18,927 nt of DNA from assembly GCA_012511955.1 (NCBI GenBank), contig JAAZFC010000049.1, positions 1-18,927 of the forward strand, written 5' to 3'. Below, one piece after another: positions 1-8,143 of the stretch. How positions within the stretch are numbered: the stretch's first letter is position 1; each line of letters begins with the position of its first letter. The DNA comes from Fibrobacter sp. (GTDB lineage Bacteria > Fibrobacterota > Fibrobacteria > Fibrobacterales > Fibrobacteraceae). The notes under the pieces are model-generated. The model was not told the DNA's origin and made no database searches. It was given only the letters and a program-made list of their open reading frames with translations. The position numbers were made by a program, and so were the translations under genes.

Positions 1-640
1 AGATTACATGATCGCTTTGAGGATTCAATTTAAGGCGCTCTTGAGTAATCCAAGTCTTTAAAGTATCTAAGCTTTGAGAGCCCAGGGGAATTAAGCGTTG
101 CTTATTGCCTTTTCCCACTGGAATAATCCAAGCTTCGTCAAGCTGTACCTGATGTATGCGCAAATTTAAAGCTTCGGAGATGCGTAATCCACCTCCGTAT
201 AGCAGTTCTAACAAAGCTTTATCACGCCATTGCCATTTCCCTTGTAATTCAGCTTGGAGAAACAGGGCTTCAACTTCTTCGACGGTTAAGCTTTGGGGAA
301 AATATGTGGCTAGTTTAGGGGAGTCTAAATATATGCCGGGATTGTCTGCTATGATATTATTTTGTTGCAAAAAGGTTAAAAAGCTCCGTAAACTCGAAGT
401 CTGTCGTGCCAAAGTGGACATTTCATAATGATTCTTCTTTAAATGCTCTGATAAATAGGCATCTAAATTTTGAATGTTAAGTTTTAGCAAGGAAATTTTA
501 TTTTCCTGCAAATATTCGGCAAAATGTCGTAAATCCTCTTGGTAAGAACTTAAAGTATTGGGAGAACGATTAAGTTCAATGCCTAAATAGCTTAAAAAAT
601 GATCTATATGTCGATCTATATTTTGATTTTTTTTTGCCAT
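1..640 (-). CDS. Tyrosine site-specific recombinase of the XerC/XerD family; N-terminal ~213 codons only, 3' end beyond window start
   Basis: Minus-strand ATG at 638-640 opens a frame that stays open to position 1. The ORF track omits it because no stop falls inside the window. Translation begins MAKKNQNIDRHIDHFLSYLGIELNRSPNTLSSYQEDLRHFAEYL. It continues ...DKALLELLYGGGLRISEALNLRIHQVQLDEAWIIPVGKGNKQRLIPLGSQSLDTL. These are the XerC/XerD N-terminal core-binding motif (NTLxxYxxDL) and the start of the catalytic domain (ELLYxxGLRxSE, GKGNKxRxxPLG). The plus-strand ORF 156..428 in the track is antisense to this gene. Confidence 0.8.
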   Translation of the reverse strand, partial: MAKKNQNIDRHIDHFLSYLGIELNRSPNTLSSYQEDLRHFAEYLQENKISLLKLNIQNLDAYLSEHLKKNHYEMSTLARQTSSLRSFLTFLQQNNIIADNPGIYLDSPKLATYFPQSLTVEEVEALFLQAELQGKWQWRDKALLELLYGGGLRISEALNLRIHQVQLDEAWIIPVGKGNKQRLIPLGSQSLDTLKTWITQERLKLNPQSDHVI

Positions 641-643
641 TTT

Positions 644-1582
644 TTACTTGTGCAGTGATTCGTCTTGGGGTACCAGTTTTAAGTGAATGGCTCGTTTCCA
701 CAGCTTTTTAGCTATGCGTACGCTGGCTTGGTCCACCATTCTACCTTCTAGCGATACTGCTCCCATACCTGATTTTTTGGCAGTGCGGGCTGCTTCAATG
801 ATTTTTACAGCCCTTTCAATTTCTTCTCTAGTGGGGGTGAAAATTTTATTGATAGTGGCAATTTGGTTTGGGTGAATAGCCCATCTGCCATCGTAACCTA
901 AAGCCGAAGCCATTAGCGTAGTTTTCTTTAACCCCTCGTCATCATTATAATTGCCATAAGGGGCATCTATGGCTAAAAGATTGTAGCATTTAGCTGTCAT
1001 CACTATTTTAGACATGGGATAATGCCATCTGTGTCCTGGATAAATGTCGTCTTCATTTTCGCCGTGGCCTGAAATAGATGTCATACGTGCTCCTATGGAC
1101 GAAGTGTAATCGGCAATGCCAAATACAAGGCTGTGCATGCGAGGGCTAGCTTTAGCAATGCTATCTATGTTATTTAAGCCTTGGGCACTTTCGATGGAGG
1201 CTTCTATTTTCACTGTGTGTTTTTGTCGAAAATGTATTTGTATTTGATCCATTAAGGTGCTGACAAAGTGAATATCCGCAGCGCTATTAACTTTAGGAAC
1301 CACAATAGAGTCTATTTTGTAGATGCTGTTTTCTAAAATGGTGAGCAGATCTCGGTAAGCAAAAGCTGTGTCCAATGAATTTATACGGACGCTAAGGGAT
1401 TTTTCGCCCCATTCTAAAGTGTTTATTGAATCTAAAACTTGAATGCGTGCGTCACTCTTTTGTTCCCAAGAAACGCTGTCCTCTAAATCGAGCATAATTA
1501 CATCGGCGGCAGTAGAAATTGCTTTTTGATGCATTTTGAGATTGTGACCAGGCACAGATAAAATAGTTCTATTAGCTTTCAT
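644..1582 (-). CDS. HpcH/HpaI aldolase / citrate lyase beta-subunit (CitE)-like lyase, possibly malyl-CoA/citryl-CoA lyase
   Basis: The 312-aa ORF has an N-terminus RTILSVPGHNLKMHQKAISTAADVIMLDLEDSV. This matches the CitE/HpcH pattern (RSxLFVPG...GADxVxLDLEDAV). Size is typical for CitE-family proteins. It is divergently oriented from leuB. Confidence 0.75.
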   Translation of the reverse strand: MKANRTILSVPGHNLKMHQKAISTAADVIMLDLEDSVSWEQKSDARIQVLDSINTLEWGEKSLSVRINSLDTAFAYRDLLTILENSIYKIDSIVVPKVNSAADIHFVSTLMDQIQIHFRQKHTVKIEASIESAQGLNNIDSIAKASPRMHSLVFGIADYTSSIGARMTSISGHGENEDDIYPGHRWHYPMSKIVMTAKCYNLLAIDAPYGNYNDDEGLKKTTLMASALGYDGRWAIHPNQIATINKIFTPTREEIERAVKIIEAARTAKKSGMGAVSLEGRMVDQASVRIAKKLWKRAIHLKLVPQDESLHK

Positions 1583-1589
1583 ATATTAA

Positions 1590-2750
<1,161 letters not shown>

Positions 2751-2762
2751 GTTAGGTAAAAA

Positions 2763-3536
2763 ATGAAACGCTTTTCTTGTGTAGTAATTACAGGTGCTTC
2801 TAGTGGCATAGGTGCTGCGCTGTCTTCTTTGATGGCGCGTCGCACTAAACATTTGGTTTTAATTGCGCGCCGAGCAGAAAAACTACAAAGTTTAGCTCAA
2901 GATTTGCGACCTTTTTGCAAAGTAACAGTGTTAGTGGCAGATTTAAGCATCCCAGAACAAGTAGCTGAACTATGCGACAAAATGGATGAATTGCATATTG
3001 AACCCACAGTTTTAGTAAACAATGCTGGCTTTGGTTTGCACGGAGATTTTTCTCAAACAGATTTGGTCGCAGAACAGCAGATGATTAATGTTAATATTCA
3101 CGCAGTAACGACTTTGACCAAATGGGCAGTGCAAAGCTTTAAGTTAAACAAAGTGCCAGGAACTGTTTTAAACACAGCCTCCATTGGTTCATATACTCCA
3201 GGGCCTGGTATGGCTGTTTATTTCGCTACTAAAGCCTTTGTGCTTTCTTTTAGTGAAGCTTTACACCAAGAATTAGATAAATATGGTATTAGTGTTTTGG
3301 CCCTCTGCCCTGGCTATGTAAAAAGCGAATTTCATAGCATTGCAGGGACTAATAGAGCGGGAATTATGAATATGCTGGTAAAAAAATCTTCCCACGATAT
3401 GGCGAGGACTGCTTTGTGGCAAATTCAAAACGAAATTCCAGTAATAGTACCGGGTTTTATAAACAAACTCATTGTTTTTGTGGTGCGCTTTTTGCCTAGA
3501 AGTAGGGTGCGTAAGTTAGCTGAAAAATTCCTGTGA
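2763..3536 (+). CDS. Short-chain dehydrogenase/reductase (SDR) family oxidoreductase
   Basis: Rossmann motif VVITGASSGIGAAL. NNAG motif VNNAGFG. Catalytic YxxxK in YFATKAF. Length 257 aa fits a classical SDR. The ATG lies 12 nt after the leuB stop, behind AGGTAAAAA. Confidence 0.85.
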   Translation: MKRFSCVVITGASSGIGAALSSLMARRTKHLVLIARRAEKLQSLAQDLRPFCKVTVLVADLSIPEQVAELCDKMDELHIEPTVLVNNAGFGLHGDFSQTDLVAEQQMINVNIHAVTTLTKWAVQSFKLNKVPGTVLNTASIGSYTPGPGMAVYFATKAFVLSFSEALHQELDKYGISVLALCPGYVKSEFHSIAGTNRAGIMNMLVKKSSHDMARTALWQIQNEIPVIVPGFINKLIVFVVRFLPRSRVRKLAEKFL

Positions 3537-3911
3537 TCAAAGTCTTGTACCCAAGGTAGCGTGCACTTTATCCATAAATTCTGATGGCGTAAAAGGTTTA
3601 ACTAAAGTCAATTGTGCGCCTAAAATAGTGGCGAGCTCTAAATAGTATTCTGGCTCTACGCTATCTCCCCCAGAAATGGCTATTACTTTCATGTCTGGAA
3701 GTTTTTGAGAAAGTTCTAAAATCAAATCAAGACCTTCTTTGCCTGGTAAAACAATATCTGTTACTAAGAGGTCATACTTGCCGCCTTCGCACATTTCGCG
3801 TGCAATTTTACCATTATCAGTAATCTCTACGCTAAAACCACCTCTTTTGAGTAGGGTTGAAAGCATTTCTAAAATTTGATGATCATCATCAACTAATAAG
3901 ATCTTTTTCAT
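3537..3911 (-). CDS. Single-domain response-regulator receiver (CheY-like), no output domain
   Basis: The 124-aa product has KILLVDDD near the N-terminus. The phospho-acceptor region is DLLVTDIVLPGKEGLDLI. A conserved T/S region (KVIAISGG) and a K in LVKPF follow. It is divergent from the sigma-factor gene. Its stop codon abuts the SDR stop. Confidence 0.85.
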   Translation of the reverse strand: MKKILLVDDDHQILEMLSTLLKRGGFSVEITDNGKIAREMCEGGKYDLLVTDIVLPGKEGLDLILELSQKLPDMKVIAISGGDSVEPEYYLELATILGAQLTLVKPFTPSEFMDKVHATLGTRL

Positions 3912-4022
3912 ATTTAAAGTTTAATATTTTAACTGCCATTATTTAGGAAATAAATGATATTTTAAATTTTTAGTCAAAAACAGAAAAAATAGTTAAATAT
4001 GGCTATTGCCTGAGAGGTTTTA
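3912..4022. promoter_or_regulatory. Divergent AT-rich intergenic region between the receiver gene and the sigma-factor gene; presumed promoters
   Basis: 111-bp non-coding spacer between divergent starts. It contains a 9-nt direct repeat ATATTTTAA at 3924-3932 and 3957-3965. A -35/-10-like pair TAGTCA (3971-3976) N17 TTAAAT (3994-3999) sits upstream of the sigma gene. GAGAGG lies 6 nt before ATG 4023. The promoter assignment is weak. Confidence 0.3.
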
Positions 4023-4832
4023 ATGCGTTTTAGCAATAACGATGACATTTTAAAACGTTATCTCGAAGATATTCGACAGACTAAGCCTTTGTCCAGACAA
4101 GAAGAGCAGAGTTTGTTTAAGTTGGTTGCCCAGGGAAATGAGGCTGCTAAGCAAAAAATAATATCTTCAAATATGCGTTTTGTTTTAAAAGTAGCGCTGC
4201 AGTACAGAGGTAGTCCTATACCTCTACCTGATTTAGTTAGCGAGGGAGCTATGGGATTGGCGCGCGCTATTGACGGTTTTGATAGTTCTAGGGGCTTGAA
4301 GTTTATTTCCTATGGAGTGTGGTGGATTAAAGCTTATATAACCCGTGCCATCAATGAACAGGGTAATTTAGTTCGTTTGCCCGCTAATCAACATTTGCGT
4401 ATTCGCAGAGCTTTACAGGCGCGTAATAAAGGTTTAGAAGTATCAGACGATGTTCAAGAGTTAATTCAAATGGGACAAGCTGCTATTTCTTTTGATGCGC
4501 CTATTAGCGATGACTCTAATTCGTCTTATGCTGAGGTGCTCGCTGATGAAAATTATGTTGGTGCTGACGATAAAATAGAATTAAAAGCAGTGGAGGAATT
4601 AACGCGAGAAATTGTGGCTAACTTACCCGAAAGAGAAGCCAGGGTGATTTCAGGTATTTATGGTATTAATCAAGAAGCTCCCTTGCCATTACGGCGAGTA
4701 GGAGAAAGTTTAAATATATCTCACGAACGAGTGCGCCAACTGAGAGATCAAGCGTTGCGACGTATTAGGCGTAGCTCAATGAATGAATTACTGCAAGAGA
4801 AGTTTCAAGCCTATGTTGAAGCAAAGGCATGA
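4023..4832 (+). CDS. Short (269 aa) sigma-70-family RNA polymerase sigma factor with regions 1.2, 2, 3 and 4; alternative sigma factor
   Basis: Region 2 reads NMRFVLKVALQYRGSPIPLPDLVSEGAMGLARAIDGFDSSRGLKFISYGVWWIKAYITRAI (compare the RpoD/RpoS consensus DLIQEGNLGLMKAVEKFD...FSTYATWWIRQAITRAI). Region 4.2 HTH reads RRVGESLNISHERVRQLRDQALRRIR. It lacks the RpoH box and is too long for an ECF factor. It is not clearly RpoS or FliA. Confidence 0.8.
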   Translation: MRFSNNDDILKRYLEDIRQTKPLSRQEEQSLFKLVAQGNEAAKQKIISSNMRFVLKVALQYRGSPIPLPDLVSEGAMGLARAIDGFDSSRGLKFISYGVWWIKAYITRAINEQGNLVRLPANQHLRIRRALQARNKGLEVSDDVQELIQMGQAAISFDAPISDDSNSSYAEVLADENYVGADDKIELKAVEELTREIVANLPEREARVISGIYGINQEAPLPLRRVGESLNISHERVRQLRDQALRRIRRSSMNELLQEKFQAYVEAKA

Positions 4833-4854
4833 ATAAGTTATAATAAAGGATAAT

Positions 4855-5265
4855 ATGAAATTTTTATTTCTTTGTGATGAAAATTATATGAAGGGCGATG
4901 TGTTAAACTTCGTCGAGAATTTCCCCCGTAACCATGAACTAGTTACTATGTCTAGTGGTCAATTATTGACTGAAAAGGTCATACCAGAAGGAGTTCAAGG
5001 TATTTTAGCAGAGCGCAAGACTTGGCAGAAAAGCTTTAGCCTTTTCCGCTATTTTGGTTTATTGCCTTTGCTAGAAACTCTACCCTTTGCTCCGGTGGCG
5101 CGAACCAAGAGACAAGTACATTTTAAAGGTCGCAGCGGTTGTAAAGAAATATTTTTCCATGCCGATAGTAGTGCTGAAGAAATATTTTCAACATTAGATC
5201 GTTTTGTCTCTATACCACCAGCTTTATATAAATACCCATTAAGCTCTGTAGAAAGCGAAGACTAA
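4855..5265 (+). CDS. Hypothetical protein (136 aa), no recognisable domain, no TM segment
   Basis: ATG sits 22 nt after the sigma stop, with AAAGGA upstream. Clean 136-codon ORF in the same orientation, 25 nt upstream of the M23 gene. Translation MKFLFLCDENYMKGDVLNFVENFPRNHELV... matches no family I recognise. Confidence 0.5.
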   Translation: MKFLFLCDENYMKGDVLNFVENFPRNHELVTMSSGQLLTEKVIPEGVQGILAERKTWQKSFSLFRYFGLLPLLETLPFAPVARTKRQVHFKGRSGCKEIFFHADSSAEEIFSTLDRFVSIPPALYKYPLSSVESED

Positions 5266-5290
5266 ATTATCTTCAAGTTGGGGTTGATTT

Positions 5291-6664
5291 ATGCCCGTTA
5301 AGTATTTAACAGAATTGCTCCAAGACGGTGCTTTTTGGTGTTTATCAACTCAGACTAAGTTCTCCAAAATAAAAATTGCGGAATTACAGCGGGAATTGAA
5401 CTTTCCGTTGTTAGTTGTTGATTTATCCGGAAAAACAGATTTATTCTTTGATTTAAAAGGGGTTGACATACCTGTTTTATGGGATTCATCCATGGGAGTG
5501 GAGCTTTTAAGTAAATCATTACAATTTGTAAATCAAAACTTAGCTGTTTGGGCTCATACAAAAGTTTTATCATCCTTATCTAAAATCGAGCAAAGAAACT
5601 TTTGGCTCAATCTTAAAAAACTTAAAGACAAGTTTCCTTACATAGTATTTATAGTTGAACATAATAGCTCAAATTATCACTTTGTAATGCCTGAATGCAT
5701 AGTCGAAATCGGCGATGTTAAAACCAATCATAGCAAGGGAGTTATAGCTTGGGAGCAAGATGCTAAGTCTTTAGTCCAAGATTTTGAGGAAACTCATAAA
5801 CTTCATTTATTAAAGCTAAACCCTCCGCGCAAAAGTTTGTCTTTTTTTATAAATAAATGGTGGCTAATAGCTTTGTTTATGACTCTGTTAGCCCTTATAA
5901 TTCCAACACCTTTATCAAAAGTAATGTTTTTGTATAAGGATTTGCAAAACGAATACAATCAATATAGTCGTGAAGTGTTTGTGCAGCACGAATTTGATGG
6001 TGCAACTACTATGCAGAGGGTGGCTAAACATGCCATAGGCAGATTTACCACAGCTGTGCCCAGTGTTGCCGAAGTTACTGATTATTTAAAGGAAACTTTG
6101 CGCAAAAACACACATATTGACTCTGTTATGGGGCGCAAATGGAACAAAACTAGAGCAATTTACCCTGATAGTGGGCTTACTATAAGGTTTTATCCTCCTG
6201 AAAAAATATACGGAGACGATGAGATTAGCTCTGCATGGCGCTATTATACTTCCTTACTTAGTGACAGTTTAGCTTATGTAACTGAATACCATAATTTGAA
6301 CCCAAATTTAGGACGGATACACCGCGGGGTTGATGTGGCTGGCCGTACAGGTACTAGAATATTTTCCCCCTTTAATGGCAAAGCTTGGACCTTTGAAGAT
6401 GATAGGGGAGGGGTGGTGATCGCCATTGCCCAAGACTCTTTAATTGTGTTGTACATGCACTGCGACCAACTATTATATATAGATGGTCAGCGAGCTTATA
6501 AAGGCGACCCAGTGGCTACGGTGGGAATGACTGGTCATACCACAGGTCCTCATGTTCATATTGCCACAGGAGTTTTGAACCCTAAAGGGAAATATTCAGC
6601 TGGTCCTCATCGCTACAATATGATGGATCCAGTTTTGTGGTTTCAAGAATATCTATCAAAGTGA
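5291..6664 (+). CDS. Membrane-anchored M23 (LytM-type) metalloendopeptidase with ~190-aa N-terminal cytoplasmic domain of unknown function
   Basis: The C-terminus carries both M23 zinc-binding motifs: HRGVD (HxxxD) in GRIHRGVDVAGRTGTRIFSPFNG, and HVH (HxH) in GMTGHTTGPHVHIATG. One hydrophobic helix, WWLIALFMTLLALIIPTPL, lies at ~aa 190-208. The N-terminal 190 aa has no signal peptide and no recognisable domain. Confidence 0.8.
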   Translation: MPVKYLTELLQDGAFWCLSTQTKFSKIKIAELQRELNFPLLVVDLSGKTDLFFDLKGVDIPVLWDSSMGVELLSKSLQFVNQNLAVWAHTKVLSSLSKIEQRNFWLNLKKLKDKFPYIVFIVEHNSSNYHFVMPECIVEIGDVKTNHSKGVIAWEQDAKSLVQDFEETHKLHLLKLNPPRKSLSFFINKWWLIALFMTLLALIIPTPLSKVMFLYKDLQNEYNQYSREVFVQHEFDGATTMQRVAKHAIGRFTTAVPSVAEVTDYLKETLRKNTHIDSVMGRKWNKTRAIYPDSGLTIRFYPPEKIYGDDEISSAWRYYTSLLSDSLAYVTEYHNLNPNLGRIHRGVDVAGRTGTRIFSPFNGKAWTFEDDRGGVVIAIAQDSLIVLYMHCDQLLYIDGQRAYKGDPVATVGMTGHTTGPHVHIATGVLNPKGKYSAGPHRYNMMDPVLWFQEYLSK

Positions 6665-6804
6665 TAGCTTTTATTAAATAGAGATGACACGTTGTTTAAC
6701 TATCACCACTTTATTGTAAATAACAGCCGATATTCGTGATATTTATGGGAATCTAATGTAAATTTATATTATAAGGGTTTTGGGTATTATTTAAGGAGAA
6801 AAAA

Positions 6805-7254
6805 TTGAAATTTATTAAATATCCAATGATGGTTCTGTTTATTGCTGCCCTTTTTTCGTGTACCGCAAAAAGAAATTTGCCTAAAGCGCAAATAGCATCT
6901 CACCCTGAAAATCACGGTGTAATGGCCATTGATGAACTTATAGTAAACATGAAAGATGAGTTCATTTACGAGTGCTATACTCCTGTGATTAAAAGAGAAA
7001 TACCAGAAACTCGTTGCCAAATAGATTTGTTTCAACTTTTAGAAAGACGCTATCACACCAATTATCGCAAAGAGCATGTAGATATGGCTTCTGACGATTT
7101 GTTTTTTAGAGATGTAGATCAGAGAATAAGACTTTTAGTTCGTCAAGATCCCCAAGTGCGTAAAATGGTGCGTGCAAATTTTAGAAGTCAAGCCGATTTG
7201 CTACAATATTATAAAAGCCTTTACGGATTCCATCCCATAACAAGCAATAATTAA
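6805..7254 (+). CDS. Small putative lipoprotein, function unknown
   Basis: TTG start at 6805, preceded by AAGGAG at 6793-6798. The N-terminus MKFIKYPMMVLFIAALFSCTAK is a signal peptide with lipobox L-F-S-C. Three further Cys sit in the mature part. No recognisable domain. Confidence 0.5.
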   Translation: MKFIKYPMMVLFIAALFSCTAKRNLPKAQIASHPENHGVMAIDELIVNMKDEFIYECYTPVIKREIPETRCQIDLFQLLERRYHTNYRKEHVDMASDDLFFRDVDQRIRLLVRQDPQVRKMVRANFRSQADLLQYYKSLYGFHPITSNN

Positions 7255-7266
7255 ATTTTAAGTTCA

Positions 7267-7290
7267 GGGCTGATTAAGCCCCGTCTTTTC
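7267..7290 (+). terminator. Putative rho-independent (possibly bidirectional) terminator between convergent lipoprotein and bamD-like genes
   Basis: GGGCT-GATTA-AGCCC forms a 5-bp stem with a 5-nt loop at 7267-7281. CGTCTTTTC follows at 7282-7290. It lies 13 nt after the lipoprotein stop. The stop codon of the convergent bamD-like gene (7274-7276) falls in the loop. The stem is short, so this is tentative. Confidence 0.35.
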
Positions 7291-8143
7291 GTATAAGCAA
7301 TTTCTTTTTGCGCTCTTTTTCTATGCGCTGATTCACTCGTTTTTTGGCTGTTTCTAAATTCTTTTCGCGACTGCTCCAAGCTTGTTTTTCGTCGTTAAAA
7401 GCAAGCTTAAACTCATCGATATAATACTCTGCTTGTTCAAAATGCTCTATGAGTATATAGGAGTCTATAAGCATGGCATACACATCGAATAAGCGCGAAG
7501 TGCGTGGATAGTAATCTAGTATAGATTTTAAATAAATAGTTGCAGCTAAGGGTTCATCCATGCGCCAATACAAGCGGGCAATTTGGTATTCTCTTTCGGC
7601 GCTGCGATCGACCAGCAAAGCCTGATAATGCATGGCGGAATCCCTGAGCAAAGAATTGGGGAAATTCAAAACGAAATCTTCAAAATCCTGTTGGGATTTG
7701 CGGGTGGGGGTGTCATCGCGCATATCGTTAGAAGACATGTGGAAGCTAGAAACAGCTTTGCGATATGCGGCGGTTTCGGCATAAGGCGAACTGGGAAAGT
7801 TATATACGAAGGTATTGTATTCGCCTCTAGCTTCTATCCATTCTTTTTTGCGGAAGTGACTTTCGGCTATCATAAATTGGGTTTGCTCGATAAAGCCGGT
7901 TCCGCGACAATGTTCTAAGATAAACTCAGAGTGTTCGCGCATTTTCACATAGCGTTTTTTTTCGTATTCTGTTTCTATTTTGGCAAAAGTTTCTTTGCAT
8001 TGTACATTGCGCTCTACTATATTGGTTTTGTTGGAGCAACCAAAAAGCAAAGCACTAGCTACTACTGCTGCAGGTAGTAGTTTTGCTGAAAAGCTGTTAA
8101 TTTGCTTGTAATTTTTTGAGTTCGGCTTTGGCCTTATTAACAT
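7274..8143 (-). CDS. bamD: Outer-membrane protein assembly factor BamD-like TPR lipoprotein (alternative upstream start at 8206)
   Basis: Signal peptide with lipobox (AAVVASALLFGCSN). The mature region follows the BamD pattern seen in E. coli YfiO: FxxFVxxFPNSxxxxDAxxxxxLLxDRxAExEYxIARLYxxRxxxxAAxxxxxxILxxYPxT. It has a lysine-rich C-terminal tail. The track ORF starts at 8206 (MIANEPL...). The internal Met at 8143 (MLIRPKPNSKNYKQIN...) gives a more signal-peptide-like N-terminus. Either start overlaps the upstream gene's 3' end. Confidence 0.65.
   Translation of the reverse strand: MLIRPKPNSKNYKQINSFSAKLLPAAVVASALLFGCSNKTNIVERNVQCKETFAKIETEYEKKRYVKMREHSEFILEHCRGTGFIEQTQFMIAESHFRKKEWIEARGEYNTFVYNFPSSPYAETAAYRKAVSSFHMSSNDMRDDTPTRKSQQDFEDFVLNFPNSLLRDSAMHYQALLVDRSAEREYQIARLYWRMDEPLAATIYLKSILDYYPRTSRLFDVYAMLIDSYILIEHFEQAEYYIDEFKLAFNDEKQAWSSREKNLETAKKRVNQRIEKERKKKLLIRKDGA

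Noticed and set aside
156-428. Plus-strand 90-aa ORF from the six-frame track
   Set aside because: It lies entirely antisense to the clearly coding XerC/XerD-like gene on the minus strand. The low-complexity translation has no features of a real protein.
687-875. Small plus-strand ORF (62 aa) inside the CitE-like gene
   Set aside because: Opposite-strand overlap with a well-supported CDS. No independent support.
4023-4832. Calling the sigma factor rpoS, rpoH or fliA
   Set aside because: It lacks the RpoH box. It has an RpoD-like region 1.2, unlike FliA. It is shorter and more divergent than gammaproteobacterial RpoS. A specific gene symbol is not justified.
6665-6804. 140-bp AT-rich gap upstream of the small lipoprotein gene as a possible sRNA or tRNA locus
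   Set aside because: It contains only an 11-codon ATG ORF and no stable stem-loops. It is best explained as a promoter/leader region. Candidate -35/-10 hexamers (TTGTAA N17 TGATAT at 6714-6742) are too weak to call as a feature.
7583-7918. Plus-strand 111-aa ORF (MVFSFGAAIDQQSL...)
   Set aside because: Antisense to the BamD-like gene, which has strong family-specific sequence features. Shadow ORF.
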